Virus record (IMG/VR): IMGVR_UViG_3300042483_000388
Direction: 5' to 3' (one strand)
Source of the DNA: a virus
Lineage: Duplodnaviria > Caudoviricetes
DNA length: 64,000 nt
The position numbers and the translations under genes are program-made. The notes below the pieces were generated by a model. It ran no database searches and was not told where the DNA came from. It worked only from the letters and a program-made list of their open reading frames with translations. This document shows, in pieces, positions 39,916-49,167 of the stretch. Each line of letters opens with the position of its first letter. The first letter of the stretch is position 1.

Positions 39916-40155
39916 ATGGGACCAATTGAAAAAAAAATATTAGAATTATCAAAAACAGAAGGACTTTCTGAAGAAACAATAATGGCTTTGACTATATTAA
40001 AAAATCAAATTAAAGATGATGAGCGAAGACTTGCAAACAATGCATATGAAAAGGGTTATCACGATAAAGAAATGAGACGAAGCCCTACTTGGAATTACTT
40101 TGAAAATAACTATAGTAGTTATTTGTCAAATATTAAATTTGGCAAGATAAGTTAA
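39916..40155 (+). CDS. Hypothetical protein (probably leaderless)
   Basis: TTGATA-N17-TATACT ends 6 nt before the ATG. Confidence 0.6.
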   Translation: MGPIEKKILELSKTEGLSEETIMALTILKNQIKDDERRLANNAYEKGYHDKEMRRSPTWNYFENNYSSYLSNIKFGKIS

Positions 40156-40173
40156 ATTTTGTATCTTTGTGAT

Positions 40174-40458
40174 ATGGAAGACTTAACTAAACTTGAATTA
40201 CCCGAAATTAAAATTCTTTGTAAAAAATACGGAATAAGTATTGTTGGAGATCAAAAATCTTTAATCAAAAAACTCAAATATTTCTTAGATCCAATAGAAG
40301 ACGTATTGAATACGCATCCTGGTAGAAAAATACAGAAAAATCAAAAAATTGTTGGTGTTAAAGTAAGTGAGAAAGAAAAGATTAATAATATATTAAAAAA
40401 TAAAGGTCAGTTTCTTTATTATTCTTTGGGATATCAATATTATTTGGAACAAGATTAA
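40174..40458 (+). CDS. SAP/HeH-like small DNA-binding protein (probably leaderless)
   Basis: LTKLELPEIKILCKKYGI...LIKKLK; ATG 4 nt after TATCTTTG. Confidence 0.5.
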   Translation: MEDLTKLELPEIKILCKKYGISIVGDQKSLIKKLKYFLDPIEDVLNTHPGRKIQKNQKIVGVKVSEKEKINNILKNKGQFLYYSLGYQYYLEQD

Positions 40459-40487
40459 ACTATGAAGTATTTATATATAAAAAGTCT

Positions 40488-41006
40488 ATGAAAAAGAGTA
40501 TTAATGAAGAATTGAATAGTATTAAATTTTTGTTCAAATATAAGGCGGGTAAAGTATTATCTGAACAAGAACAATTTGAATCCGAAGATGTGGGTTTTGA
40601 AGAAATTGATTTAGATGAAGAATATGATGATGTAGATATGGACACTAGAACTCCTGAAGAAAGAGAAAGGGATGGGCTAGATATAGATATGGACACTAGA
40701 ACTCCTGAAGAAAGAGAAAGGGATGGGCTAGATATAGATATGGACACAGGTGAAGATTTAGCACCTTCTTTTGATTCAGATGGTAATTTTTTAGGTATGG
40801 TAAAACCTAATCGAGATGGTATGGAAGTTGATGGGGATTTAATTGAAAATAGAGAATTAGAGGTTCCAGTTAAACCTGGTACAAAAACACCAACTAAACC
40901 CGATAAGGATTCACCATACAAACCTAAACCTGGACCTAAAAAAGCTCCTAAAGCCAAAATGCCGAAGTGGTTATCATTTGCTGCTATCGGTGTTAATATT
41001 AATTAA
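40488..41006 (+). CDS. Acidic/Pro-Lys low-complexity protein with an INEEL N-terminus
   Basis: MKKSINEELNSIKFLFKY; internal 17-aa duplication; PK-rich tail. Confidence 0.65.
   Translation: MKKSINEELNSIKFLFKYKAGKVLSEQEQFESEDVGFEEIDLDEEYDDVDMDTRTPEERERDGLDIDMDTRTPEERERDGLDIDMDTGEDLAPSFDSDGNFLGMVKPNRDGMEVDGDLIENRELEVPVKPGTKTPTKPDKDSPYKPKPGPKKAPKAKMPKWLSFAAIGVNIN
40633..40747 (+). repeat. Perfect 51-bp in-frame tandem duplication (DMDTRTPEERERDGLDI x2 plus a partial copy)
   Basis: Identical copies at 40633-40683 and 40684-40734. Confidence 0.95.
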
Positions 41007-41009
41007 GTT

Positions 41010-42254
41010 ATGAGAAATATAAAAAGAAAATTATTCACAGAAGGTTTAACCAAAAAAGAATTTTTGCGTCTTGTTGAAGCTCCTATTGATTATGAAGGTT
41101 CAGAAAGAATGGAACCCGGAATTGAAAGAAAGATTACAGGTAAAGAGACTCCTTATCACGGATTTCCTGCAATTCCAAATATGGATAGAGACTTTATTGA
41201 GTTAATATCATCTAAAAGATTTAAAGACTCAGTTGATAAAGTTAGAAATGCTATGGGTGATACCAGAGTAATACAAGGACAAAATCCACTTAATGGTTTG
41301 ATGAATACGGTAATGCAGTCTATGCAAAGACTCGTTATGATTCAAATGCAAAACAAAAAAGTTTTAGAAGATCTTGCGATTGATTTGGTAACAAAAGAAT
41401 TGGGTATTCCAGAAGGTTCATTACAATTCAAAGTTGAGTTAATGCCACAACCAATGTCGGCAGCCAAAGGAATGAAAGAAGAACCTGAAATGCCATCTGA
41501 AGAAGAGATAGAAGAATTCATGGGAGACATGGAAGAATTTGATCTTGAGAGATCAAAAAGAAGATTCATTAATTCTCTTATTCAGGGAGCGGCCTTCAAG
41601 GGAGGTCATATGTTTAACTTGGTTAGAAATGAGCTCAACGATATTAACCCACAACTCATGGACTTGTATGCAGTCACACAATCTTTGATGGAACATGCGT
41701 ATTGGATATTTCCTGACATGGAAGGAATGGCCGGAGGCGGCGGAGGTCAAATGGGACAATCGGAAGTTGATGAAGAAACAGATCCACCAACAGTAAAAGC
41801 TAAAGCTGTTACTTTCCCACTTTTAATTCACGAAATGGTTAAAGGTGTTTATGAAATATTTGGGACACATGGATTGCCTGACGACCCAAAACAACAAGAG
41901 ATGATATTGAATGCTGAAGATACGTTACCAGCAGAAATATGGGATTCAAGATTGGGGCCAATATTTTGGGAGAAATTCGTAGCGACATATCCGATGGAGT
42001 TATACGATGAAGATAAAAAACACATACAACATTATTTGTTTATGAGATTCTCAGCTCTTGACGCTAAAGAGTTTATGATGGTTGCAAAACTTATCTTAAA
42101 TGGAGATCCTAAAGGAAACAAATTCATTCAAAACATGGTTAACGACATTGCAAGAGATTTACAAAGACAAGAGTACAAGGATGCAATGGGGGATGAAGAT
42201 GATGAAGATGATGATAATTTAAGTGGGGTTGATTTTAGTGATATAGATCTTTAA
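41010..42254 (+). CDS. Conserved-looking hypothetical protein, possibly head-associated, 414 aa
   Basis: Long ORF with LFTE/LVE motifs near the N-terminus and an acidic tail. Confidence 0.65.
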   Translation: MRNIKRKLFTEGLTKKEFLRLVEAPIDYEGSERMEPGIERKITGKETPYHGFPAIPNMDRDFIELISSKRFKDSVDKVRNAMGDTRVIQGQNPLNGLMNTVMQSMQRLVMIQMQNKKVLEDLAIDLVTKELGIPEGSLQFKVELMPQPMSAAKGMKEEPEMPSEEEIEEFMGDMEEFDLERSKRRFINSLIQGAAFKGGHMFNLVRNELNDINPQLMDLYAVTQSLMEHAYWIFPDMEGMAGGGGGQMGQSEVDEETDPPTVKAKAVTFPLLIHEMVKGVYEIFGTHGLPDDPKQQEMILNAEDTLPAEIWDSRLGPIFWEKFVATYPMELYDEDKKHIQHYLFMRFSALDAKEFMMVAKLILNGDPKGNKFIQNMVNDIARDLQRQEYKDAMGDEDDEDDDNLSGVDFSDIDL

Positions 42255-42293
42255 TTTTTTGACACACAACTATAAAAAGTATATATTTAAAGT

Positions 42294-42578
42294 ATGAAGA
42301 ATATAGATTGCGAAATATATATAAGTCAGATGATAACGTTTTTTTCGAACAATCCTGGCGATTTTATGGATTTGGTTGGAGATGCCCAAAAAGAAGAGTT
42401 TTACCAAAAGATTAGAGAAAGAAGTTTGAAAAACTTGGAAGATGGTGATGATTGTGTTTTAACTAAACAACAAATTATAGATATTGTTATTGAATTAAAG
42501 GTTCCTGAATTAAGTAATAGAAAAAAAATAGAAAAACACATCTTTAAAACAAAGTTTGGTGATATAAATTTAAACTAA
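42294..42578 (+). CDS. Hypothetical protein (probably leaderless)
   Basis: TTGACA-N17-TATATT ends 6 nt before the ATG. Confidence 0.65.
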   Translation: MKNIDCEIYISQMITFFSNNPGDFMDLVGDAQKEEFYQKIRERSLKNLEDGDDCVLTKQQIIDIVIELKVPELSNRKKIEKHIFKTKFGDINLN

Positions 42579-42585
42579 TGAAGAG

Positions 42586-42613
42586 ACCACGAATAAAATC
42601 GTGGTTTTTTTTT
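42586..42613 (+). terminator. Intrinsic terminator
   Basis: ACCACGA-ataaaa-TCGTGGT followed by T8. Confidence 0.85.
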
Positions 42614-42683
42614 GTAAATTATTTTGTAGATTAGAAATATGTGTTATCTTTGTAAGAGTTAAACAAAAAGAAATATATGAGTT

Positions 42684-42794
42684 ATGAAAACAATAGAGGT
42701 AACAATGCAGGAAATATGGCAAGCCACTAGACCTATCATACAAAAAAGTAAGAAGGCATATACTCGCAAACAAAAACACAAAACACAAAACTAA
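42684..42794 (+). CDS. Small basic peptide, 36 aa (not in the ORF track)
   Basis: MKTIEVTMQEIWQATRPIIQKSKKAYTRKQKHKTQN, downstream of the TATCTTTG promoter at 42645. Confidence 0.5.
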   Translation: MKTIEVTMQEIWQATRPIIQKSKKAYTRKQKHKTQN

Positions 42795-42804
42795 AAAATA
42801 AACT

Positions 42805-43563
42805 ATGAAATACACACCTGAACTTATTAAATCTATTGCTCCGGCAATATATGCAACTGCCCCATCTATAAAGATGACAAACAAATATGAGTTTGTCCCT
42901 ACCAATGAGGTAATAGACATCTTTGAACGTGAGGGGTGGGAATTGACATCGGTCAAACAAACAGGACGTGGTGTTCACAATGTACACGAGTTAAAGTTTA
43001 GAAATGGACAACTACCAAATGTTGGGGACACTGCGGCGGAGGCTATCATCCGTAACTCACACGACGGGACGGCAGCTTTCTCAATGGGAGCCGGATTATA
43101 CAGATTAGCATGTAGCAACGGATTGGTAGTCCCAACATCGGTGGTGGAACGATTCTCGATCAAACACAATCACTTCTCTTATGGTGATATAAAAGGGTTA
43201 GTTGAAGAATTTTCAAAGAAACTGCCAAAAATTGAAGAATCTGTTAAGAAAATGATGGAACGTGAGTTGTCAGAAAAAGAAAAACTTCGTTTGGTTAAGG
43301 CGGCGATTAATATCCGTTGGGCGGTTGGAAATGCTCCCGAATCAATTGACGTGAGCGACCTCCTAACACCATTTAGACCTGACGATGAGGGAAGTGACTT
43401 ATGGAGAGTATTTAATGTAATCCAAGAGAAAATGATGAGAGGTGGGTTTTCATATAAAACACCAAAAGGGAGAATAACCAAATTACGTGGGATTAAAAGT
43501 ATTCAAGCATCAAACAGATTAAACACCAAACTTTGGGAAGCGGCTGAGTTAATGTTAGTATAA
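42805..43563 (+). CDS. DUF932/DUF945-family phage/plasmid protein
   Basis: YEFVPT, IIRNSHDGTAAF, GLYRLACSNGLV, LWRVFNVIQEK, LNTKLWEAA. Confidence 0.8.
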   Translation: MKYTPELIKSIAPAIYATAPSIKMTNKYEFVPTNEVIDIFEREGWELTSVKQTGRGVHNVHELKFRNGQLPNVGDTAAEAIIRNSHDGTAAFSMGAGLYRLACSNGLVVPTSVVERFSIKHNHFSYGDIKGLVEEFSKKLPKIEESVKKMMERELSEKEKLRLVKAAINIRWAVGNAPESIDVSDLLTPFRPDDEGSDLWRVFNVIQEKMMRGGFSYKTPKGRITKLRGIKSIQASNRLNTKLWEAAELMLV

Positions 43564-43570
43564 AAAACAC

Positions 43571-43590
43571 GGGGGTAAAATACCCCCTTT
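43571..43590 (+). terminator. Intrinsic terminator
   Basis: GGGGGTA-aaa-TACCCCC followed by TTT. Confidence 0.65.
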
Positions 43591-43595
43591 ATGTT

Positions 43596-43937
43596 ATGGA
43601 AAATAAATTATTTAGAATAGAAAAGAAAATATTGGATAACCTTACAGATCAGGAAGGTATCATATATTCTGAGATTAGGGTGTCAAACAATCCTCTAACA
43701 ATAGATGAATTAACTAAAAGAGATAAATTCAAGCCCGTTTATTATGATAGTATAATGCATGATGATAAAATAATTCATGCTGAAGCAATTTTTTTAAATA
43801 CTTCTAACTTTTATTTATATTTATCAAGAGAGGATTATAATATTAATAGTTATGAGATGAAAATATATTATAAGGCTTCAGACCTAAATGAAGTAAATTT
43901 CTTTATAATGGGATTAAAACGATTAAAACAAAAATAA
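43596..43937 (+). CDS. Hypothetical protein
   Basis: ORF coupled to thioredoxin. Confidence 0.6.
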   Translation: MENKLFRIEKKILDNLTDQEGIIYSEIRVSNNPLTIDELTKRDKFKPVYYDSIMHDDKIIHAEAIFLNTSNFYLYLSREDYNINSYEMKIYYKASDLNEVNFFIMGLKRLKQK

Positions 43938-43938
43938 A

Positions 43939-44256
43939 ATGGAAATTAATAGTGTAGATTTACAACAAAAAATTAACAACGGTGAGAAAGTAATTGTTGA
44001 GTTCTGGGCCGAATGGTGTGGTCCGTGCAAGATGATGAAACCTATATTTGAAAAAGTTGCAAATAGTAATGAAAATGGTGACGCTCAAATGTATACAATG
44101 AATATTGATTTAAATAGAGAAGTTGGGGCGTCATTGGGGATTAGAAGTATTCCAACAATTAAAGTTTTTAATGGTGGGTCAGTTATTGACACCAAAGTTG
44201 GGATGTTAAATGAGACATCCATAAAAGATATGGTAAAAGAATTAATAAATGGATAA
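43939..44256 (+). CDS. trxA: Thioredoxin
   Basis: VEFWAEWCGPCKMM active site; GIRSIPT. Confidence 0.95.
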   Translation: MEINSVDLQQKINNGEKVIVEFWAEWCGPCKMMKPIFEKVANSNENGDAQMYTMNIDLNREVGASLGIRSIPTIKVFNGGSVIDTKVGMLNETSIKDMVKELING

Positions 44257-44536
44257 GATAGCAGTTATTTTTACTATGAAGGGGTGTCCCCATTGTATTA
44301 TTCTTAAAGAGATGTTAGAGAAGGATGGGATTGACTATATTGATAGAGACATCAATGATTATGAAGAGGAGTATGATATGTTTGTAGAAGCCACAGGAAA
44401 CGATTTTGTTCCGGCATTTATGTTAATTGAAAATCCTGAGAGTGAAAAACCTAACACGGGGTTATATGCCCCTGATAGAGACTTTGAAGATGTGGAACAC
44501 GGATTAAAGATAATCAAAGAATTTTTTGAGAGATAA
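44249..44536 (+). CDS. Glutaredoxin/NrdH-like redoxin
   Basis: GCPHC motif; FVPAF. Confidence 0.8.
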   Translation: MDKIAVIFTMKGCPHCIILKEMLEKDGIDYIDRDINDYEEEYDMFVEATGNDFVPAFMLIENPESEKPNTGLYAPDRDFEDVEHGLKIIKEFFER

Positions 44537-44537
44537 T

Positions 44538-44570
44538 AAAAAACCCCTCCGTTAAGAGGGGGTATTTTTT
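44538..44570. terminator. Bidirectional intrinsic terminator
   Basis: A-run, CCCCTC-cgttaa-GAGGGG, T-run, between convergent genes. Confidence 0.85.
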
Positions 44571-45264
44571 ATATAATAATCACGTCCTTTAAACGATCCT
44601 GAACCATGAATGGTTTATCTTTTGTTTGATCAAAAACATCATGGAAAAACTCGTAATCGGCAAATCTTTCATTAAAGGACTCCAAGTCCATATCAAACAC
44701 ATCTAAAACTAAACTCTCAATTTTATCGTTATCGATATGTGAATTACAAGATACTTTAATTTTGCGATCCCCATCTTCATTTTCTTCATTAGTATAGTAT
44801 AAATAAACTTGATCTACATTAAGTAATGAATACATATGGTTAAACATATATTGTGAGTAATAAACAATTGACCTACCGCACCCTAAACTATGTCCATATG
44901 GAAACTCTGAACTACAAGTTAGTTCAGAAATGGGTTCGTCTTCAACGGTGTATAGATCCTTATGTGTTGAAATCCATTTATTATCAAAATTCTTAATATC
45001 TTGATCGTATTTGATAATATCAATTACGTTTAAATTTTTTCTGTTAACTTCTGTTAACACATCATCGAACCAATTTGAAAAATCAGTTTTTAGTTCATTT
45101 AAATCCAACACTTCTTTACTTGTTGTCATACCATTAACAACAATAAATGTTTCACAATCTGTTACTTGGATTATTGTGTTGTCCTTCTTATCAAATTTAG
45201 AAAGGATGTAGTCGGCAAATAGATTCACAAAGTATCTTCGTGTGTTTTTTTCTAATTTTCTCAT
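44569..45264 (-). CDS. Degenerate S-adenosylmethionine synthetase (MetK)-like protein
   Basis: Segments align by eye to the MetK N-terminal, central and extreme C-terminal regions, but GHPDK, GAGDQG and GGGAFSGKD are absent. Confidence 0.5.
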   Translation of the reverse strand: MRKLEKNTRRYFVNLFADYILSKFDKKDNTIIQVTDCETFIVVNGMTTSKEVLDLNELKTDFSNWFDDVLTEVNRKNLNVIDIIKYDQDIKNFDNKWISTHKDLYTVEDEPISELTCSSEFPYGHSLGCGRSIVYYSQYMFNHMYSLLNVDQVYLYYTNEENEDGDRKIKVSCNSHIDNDKIESLVLDVFDMDLESFNERFADYEFFHDVFDQTKDKPFMVQDRLKDVIII

Positions 45265-45313
45265 ATTTTTTATTTTTATAATTAATATGAGTTTTATTTG
45301 GATTTATAAATAG

Positions 45314-46444
45314 TTAGATATAATCAACAAACATTTCGTTTATGTATTTTTGAGTTGTAGACCAATCTGGATAATCAGGAGTGCTAAAATCTATACAATC
45401 AAAATCATCATCGTAGATTAGTTGTTTCATCAAAGTAGTATAACTACCAAAATAATCTAAATATGAATCACTATAAGATCGACCTTTTTGTATTTCTAAA
45501 AATGCTGTAATGTTTCCAACAAAATCTCTAATTTTAATATAATTTAAGTATGTGGTTACTTTTTTACCATCCGATTTGGTAGTTTCTTTTGGTACTTCAT
45601 CAATTTTTCCTTCAAAGTATTCATTTAAACCATCATATACTAATTCATATATTTCATTTTCATATGCAGAATTATAAGCGTTCCAATAAATATTTTTTAA
45701 TTCTTGACCTAACTCACTTAAATCATTTTCACATAGTTCGTTTATTGCGTCGGAATCTTTAATTAATTCATTTAAGTCTTCAGCTTGAATTTTAAAATAA
45801 CCTTCAGTTCCCTGTTCTTCAGATAAACTTTCAAAAAAATCAGAGCTATAATCCTCTAAAGATAATTCAACATTACCAATTTCTTTAAAAATAGCATCTT
45901 TTAAATGAATGGTATTTTTTTCATTTAAATCGTCAATAACTTCAGATGGTTTTGTATCATTATCAAAATACCAATCATTACCTAAACCATCTTCACTAAA
46001 TACTCGTTTTGCAACATCTTCAGGAGAACTATCACGACGAGAGGAACCGCAGAAAAAATCAGCTAACTCATCCCTATCATTACCTAAATATAGGTAGAAC
46101 CCATCAGGTCTAATTTCAACATCACTTAAAAGGTTGCTTGTAATATATTTAACGGTATTTTCATAGTTATATTCTAAACCATGTAGTAAATAATTGTTTT
46201 GAAACTCTTCAGGAACAGAATTATAGTCTAAATTAGCCATAATACCATTCTCAACCAAATAATCAAACAATTCATTACTAAAATCATCAGAAGGTATAGA
46301 TCCTAAATCAAGGTCATCTAAAAGATTGTATTTTTTAATGAATTTAAAAAAATTTATTAATGTATTGAAGTATGGTTTTATTTCATTTTCATAATCACCA
46401 TCATTGAATAATTCTATTAAATTTTTTACCCTCTCTAAACTCAT
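45314..46444 (-). CDS. Acidic hypothetical protein (MSLERVKNLIE)
   Basis: Long ORF; TATTTAT 5 nt upstream. Confidence 0.7.
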   Translation of the reverse strand: MSLERVKNLIELFNDGDYENEIKPYFNTLINFFKFIKKYNLLDDLDLGSIPSDDFSNELFDYLVENGIMANLDYNSVPEEFQNNYLLHGLEYNYENTVKYITSNLLSDVEIRPDGFYLYLGNDRDELADFFCGSSRRDSSPEDVAKRVFSEDGLGNDWYFDNDTKPSEVIDDLNEKNTIHLKDAIFKEIGNVELSLEDYSSDFFESLSEEQGTEGYFKIQAEDLNELIKDSDAINELCENDLSELGQELKNIYWNAYNSAYENEIYELVYDGLNEYFEGKIDEVPKETTKSDGKKVTTYLNYIKIRDFVGNITAFLEIQKGRSYSDSYLDYFGSYTTLMKQLIYDDDFDCIDFSTPDYPDWSTTQKYINEMFVDYI

Positions 46445-46521
46445 ATTTTATAAATATCTATTAAACAAAAAAAAAAGGCGTTCTAAAACAGAACACCTTA
46501 ATTTCGATGATACACAAAATA

Positions 46522-46680
46522 TTATTTTCTATAATATTTATTAATAATTTTTTTCACAGATTCTTGCACATTTGAACCATTTGGTGGTGATTGAGGTTGT
46601 GCTTGAGGTTGAGCTTGAGGTTGTGCTTGAGGTTGTTGAGCTTGTTGGTTTTGTTTGTTTTTACATCCACATCCGGCCAT
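46522..46680 (-). CDS. Small MxGCGC protein with a QPQA repeat
   Basis: MAGCGCKNKQNQQAQQPQAQPQAQ...; TATTTAT at 46713-46719 (-). Confidence 0.65.
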   Translation of the reverse strand: MAGCGCKNKQNQQAQQPQAQPQAQPQAQPQSPPNGSNVQESVKKIINKYYRK

Positions 46681-46786
46681 AACGATTATTTTTAATAAGT
46701 TTATTTTTATATATAAATATATCCATAATAAGATTACTTTAAGTTTTTTAAATGTCAATTATTAGTTATTGTTATATTTATAATAT

Positions 46787-48001
46787 ATGTCACTAAAAAC
46801 ATTTTTTAAAAATTACCTAATAGAACAAGATGAGAATCTTGTTAGTGTTACTCCCGAACAATATGTTGAAACATTGGGAGATGTTGGTGGCATTGCAGAT
46901 AGAATTGCTAAACTAAAACAATATAGGGGTAAAGGTATTGTTATTACTGGACCACTAAGTGTTACTAACTACAAAAACATTGGGCCACTAACAGGTGTTG
47001 TTAGAGTAATGGGTAGATTAGATATTTCTCATACCAATATTTCAAATCTTAATGGAATTACAGTCGATGGTTATGTTAGTGATTATGGATCTTCTATGTG
47101 GAAGATTAAAATGCAACAAAAATTAAATGAAAAACTTTCAGACTTGGATGAAAAAAGAAGAGAAGATGAATGGAATGTTGAAAACCAAGATGATGAATCT
47201 GAAAGAACTGAAGCCGTATACAAATATTTAAATCAACATGGTGATGTGGATATGGTTGAAGACGACGAAGGAAATGAAGTTCCTGAAGATAAGTATTATA
47301 TCAATCCTAATGGAAGGGCAACCTATGGTTACGGAAAACAATATGAATGGTTAGGAGGTGGTAATGGGTTTAATCCCAATGAATATGATGTTTATACTGA
47401 AGATGAGGCAGATAGTGCCGCAAGACAAGCTGTTGAAAATTTAGTTGATGATTCAGGAATGGATGCGTTTAGTTCGTGGGCATTCAATGATGCTTTAAAT
47501 GATAGACAATGGTATGATTGGTTATATGATTACTACGATGATTATATTAGATCATCTCCTGAGGATTTTGATATACCTTTAGAACTATCAAATCAACAAA
47601 TGACACAAGTTCAACAACTACAATCAAACATAGATTCACTTAATAAAAGATTAGAAAGTGAAGATTTACCTGATGAAAAATATGAAGAAATTGAAATAAA
47701 AATTGAAGGGTTGGAAGAAATAATTCAAGAAATCAATGATGACCCACAAGGTGAATATGATGTAAGTTCAATTGAAAATGAAATTACAGGTAGAGTTGAT
47801 GAATACAAAGACGACATTTACGGGTTTATTGATCATCATGGTTATGATAAAGACTTTATCATGGATTTTATTGATTTAGATAAACTAACGGAAACGGTAG
47901 TAAGTTCTGACGGATATGGTAGTATGTTAAATTCTTACGATGGTGATTATGATACTTTTAATATAAATGGAACTGAGTATTACGTAATGAGGGTCTCTTA
48001 G
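46787..48001 (+). CDS. Acidic hypothetical protein with a short solenoid-like repeat (MSLKTFFKNYLIEQ)
   Basis: LIEQ motif; ITGPLSV...VMGRLDISHTNISNL; TATTTAT 5 nt upstream. Confidence 0.7.
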   Translation: MSLKTFFKNYLIEQDENLVSVTPEQYVETLGDVGGIADRIAKLKQYRGKGIVITGPLSVTNYKNIGPLTGVVRVMGRLDISHTNISNLNGITVDGYVSDYGSSMWKIKMQQKLNEKLSDLDEKRREDEWNVENQDDESERTEAVYKYLNQHGDVDMVEDDEGNEVPEDKYYINPNGRATYGYGKQYEWLGGGNGFNPNEYDVYTEDEADSAARQAVENLVDDSGMDAFSSWAFNDALNDRQWYDWLYDYYDDYIRSSPEDFDIPLELSNQQMTQVQQLQSNIDSLNKRLESEDLPDEKYEEIEIKIEGLEEIIQEINDDPQGEYDVSSIENEITGRVDEYKDDIYGFIDHHGYDKDFIMDFIDLDKLTETVVSSDGYGSMLNSYDGDYDTFNINGTEYYVMRVS

Positions 48002-48041
48002 GGCTTTATTTGTTTTATAATTTACATTATTTTTATTTTTA

Positions 48042-48827
48042 ATGACACGTAGAAAAAAAATACAATTTTTAATGAACACCGATTGGATGTTTGAAAGACC
48101 AATTGACCGAGAACACAAAGAATATAGATTACTATCCTTTTTCCAAAAAATGGGAGAAAAATTGGATAACCTTGAGTTATATCCAGGGTTCATTGAATTA
48201 TCATTACATTTAATGAACGTCCAATCTCTAATTAAAGACAAAAATATTGTTTATACCGATAAGAAATTTGCCGGAATAGATGATGAGTTATTGGTTAAAG
48301 ATTTAAAGTTAAAACAATTACCAGATATGACGGAGGGAGAAACAAAAGAATTCATTGAAATTCTAAATTTCTCAGCACCAAGAATAATTGAATACTTTAA
48401 TATTGCAAAGTCTGTTTGGACAATAGTGTTTGATTCTATTGGTATGAAAATAAAGAAGAACCAAAATAACATTCTAAACCCGAAAGGTTTCTTTTATTAT
48501 ATGGATGAAAAAACAAAAAAATATTATGTTTGGCAATACATTCTTAAAAAAGAAGCCAAATCTACTACAGAAAAAATGTCTAACATCAATTTAATTTATA
48601 ATGATGAATTAAGTGGTTTAACCCTAACAAAAATTATATCCAAATTTTCCACATTTGATCCTTCATATATTAAGGTGTCACCGGTTTTTCATATGATATC
48701 CTCAGGGGAGTTTCCAATTAACGAAACGTTATATCCAATGTTTAAAAGACGAATAGCCGCACACATATCACAAACAAAAGTATTATCTCAATATAATGAG
48801 AACAAAGAAAACTATAAAATGAAATAA
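48042..48827 (+). CDS. Hypothetical protein
   Basis: 261-aa ORF. Confidence 0.65.
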   Translation: MTRRKKIQFLMNTDWMFERPIDREHKEYRLLSFFQKMGEKLDNLELYPGFIELSLHLMNVQSLIKDKNIVYTDKKFAGIDDELLVKDLKLKQLPDMTEGETKEFIEILNFSAPRIIEYFNIAKSVWTIVFDSIGMKIKKNQNNILNPKGFFYYMDEKTKKYYVWQYILKKEAKSTTEKMSNINLIYNDELSGLTLTKIISKFSTFDPSYIKVSPVFHMISSGEFPINETLYPMFKRRIAAHISQTKVLSQYNENKENYKMK

Positions 48828-48866
48828 AATTTTGACAAAGAAGATTTAATTGTTTAAATTTTTAGT

Positions 48867-48995
48867 ATGATAGAAATAGATGTATTTAAAATAATTAAAG
48901 ACTTAATTGCGGAATACCCAAATGATACAGATTTGGGAAAAAAAGTTAGAGATCTAGTTTATGGAATTAAAAAAATAAAACAAAATGGGATTTAA
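48867..48995 (+). CDS. Small YPND-type phage protein, 42 aa (not in the ORF track)
   Basis: MIEIDVFKIIKDLIAEYPNDTDLGKKVRDL...; TTGACA-N17-TAAATT ends 6 nt upstream. Confidence 0.6.
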   Translation: MIEIDVFKIIKDLIAEYPNDTDLGKKVRDLVYGIKKIKQNGI

Positions 48996-49167
48996 TAAAA
49001 GAACAATTTCTAAAAAACATATCCTTAATAATGTGGATAACATAATGAATTATTTAGACGCTGATGCGGTATTCACCACCGACGAATTCTCACTCAACGT
49101 TTATAGAATGTTCAATCAAGGAAAATCAGAAGAAGAAATAGTAGAATACATAAATAATAATATATGA
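48985..49167 (+). CDS. Small hypothetical protein
   Basis: Coupled ORF (MGFNKRTI). Confidence 0.6.
   Translation: MGFNKRTISKKHILNNVDNIMNYLDADAVFTTDEFSLNVYRMFNQGKSEEEIVEYINNNI

Larger units (their letters stand above)
8970..48860 (+). promoter_or_regulatory. Class II promoters: canonical sigma70-like TTGACA-N17-TATAAT variants; the span covers dispersed sites
   Basis: Exact 17-nt spacing at 8970, 16826, 18607, 32285, 32802, 36583, 39881, 42259, 48832. Confidence 0.7.

Noticed and set aside
34732-44536. DnaJ, thioredoxin and glutaredoxin as novel features
   Set aside because: These are routine accessory genes of large phages, and their motifs are canonical.
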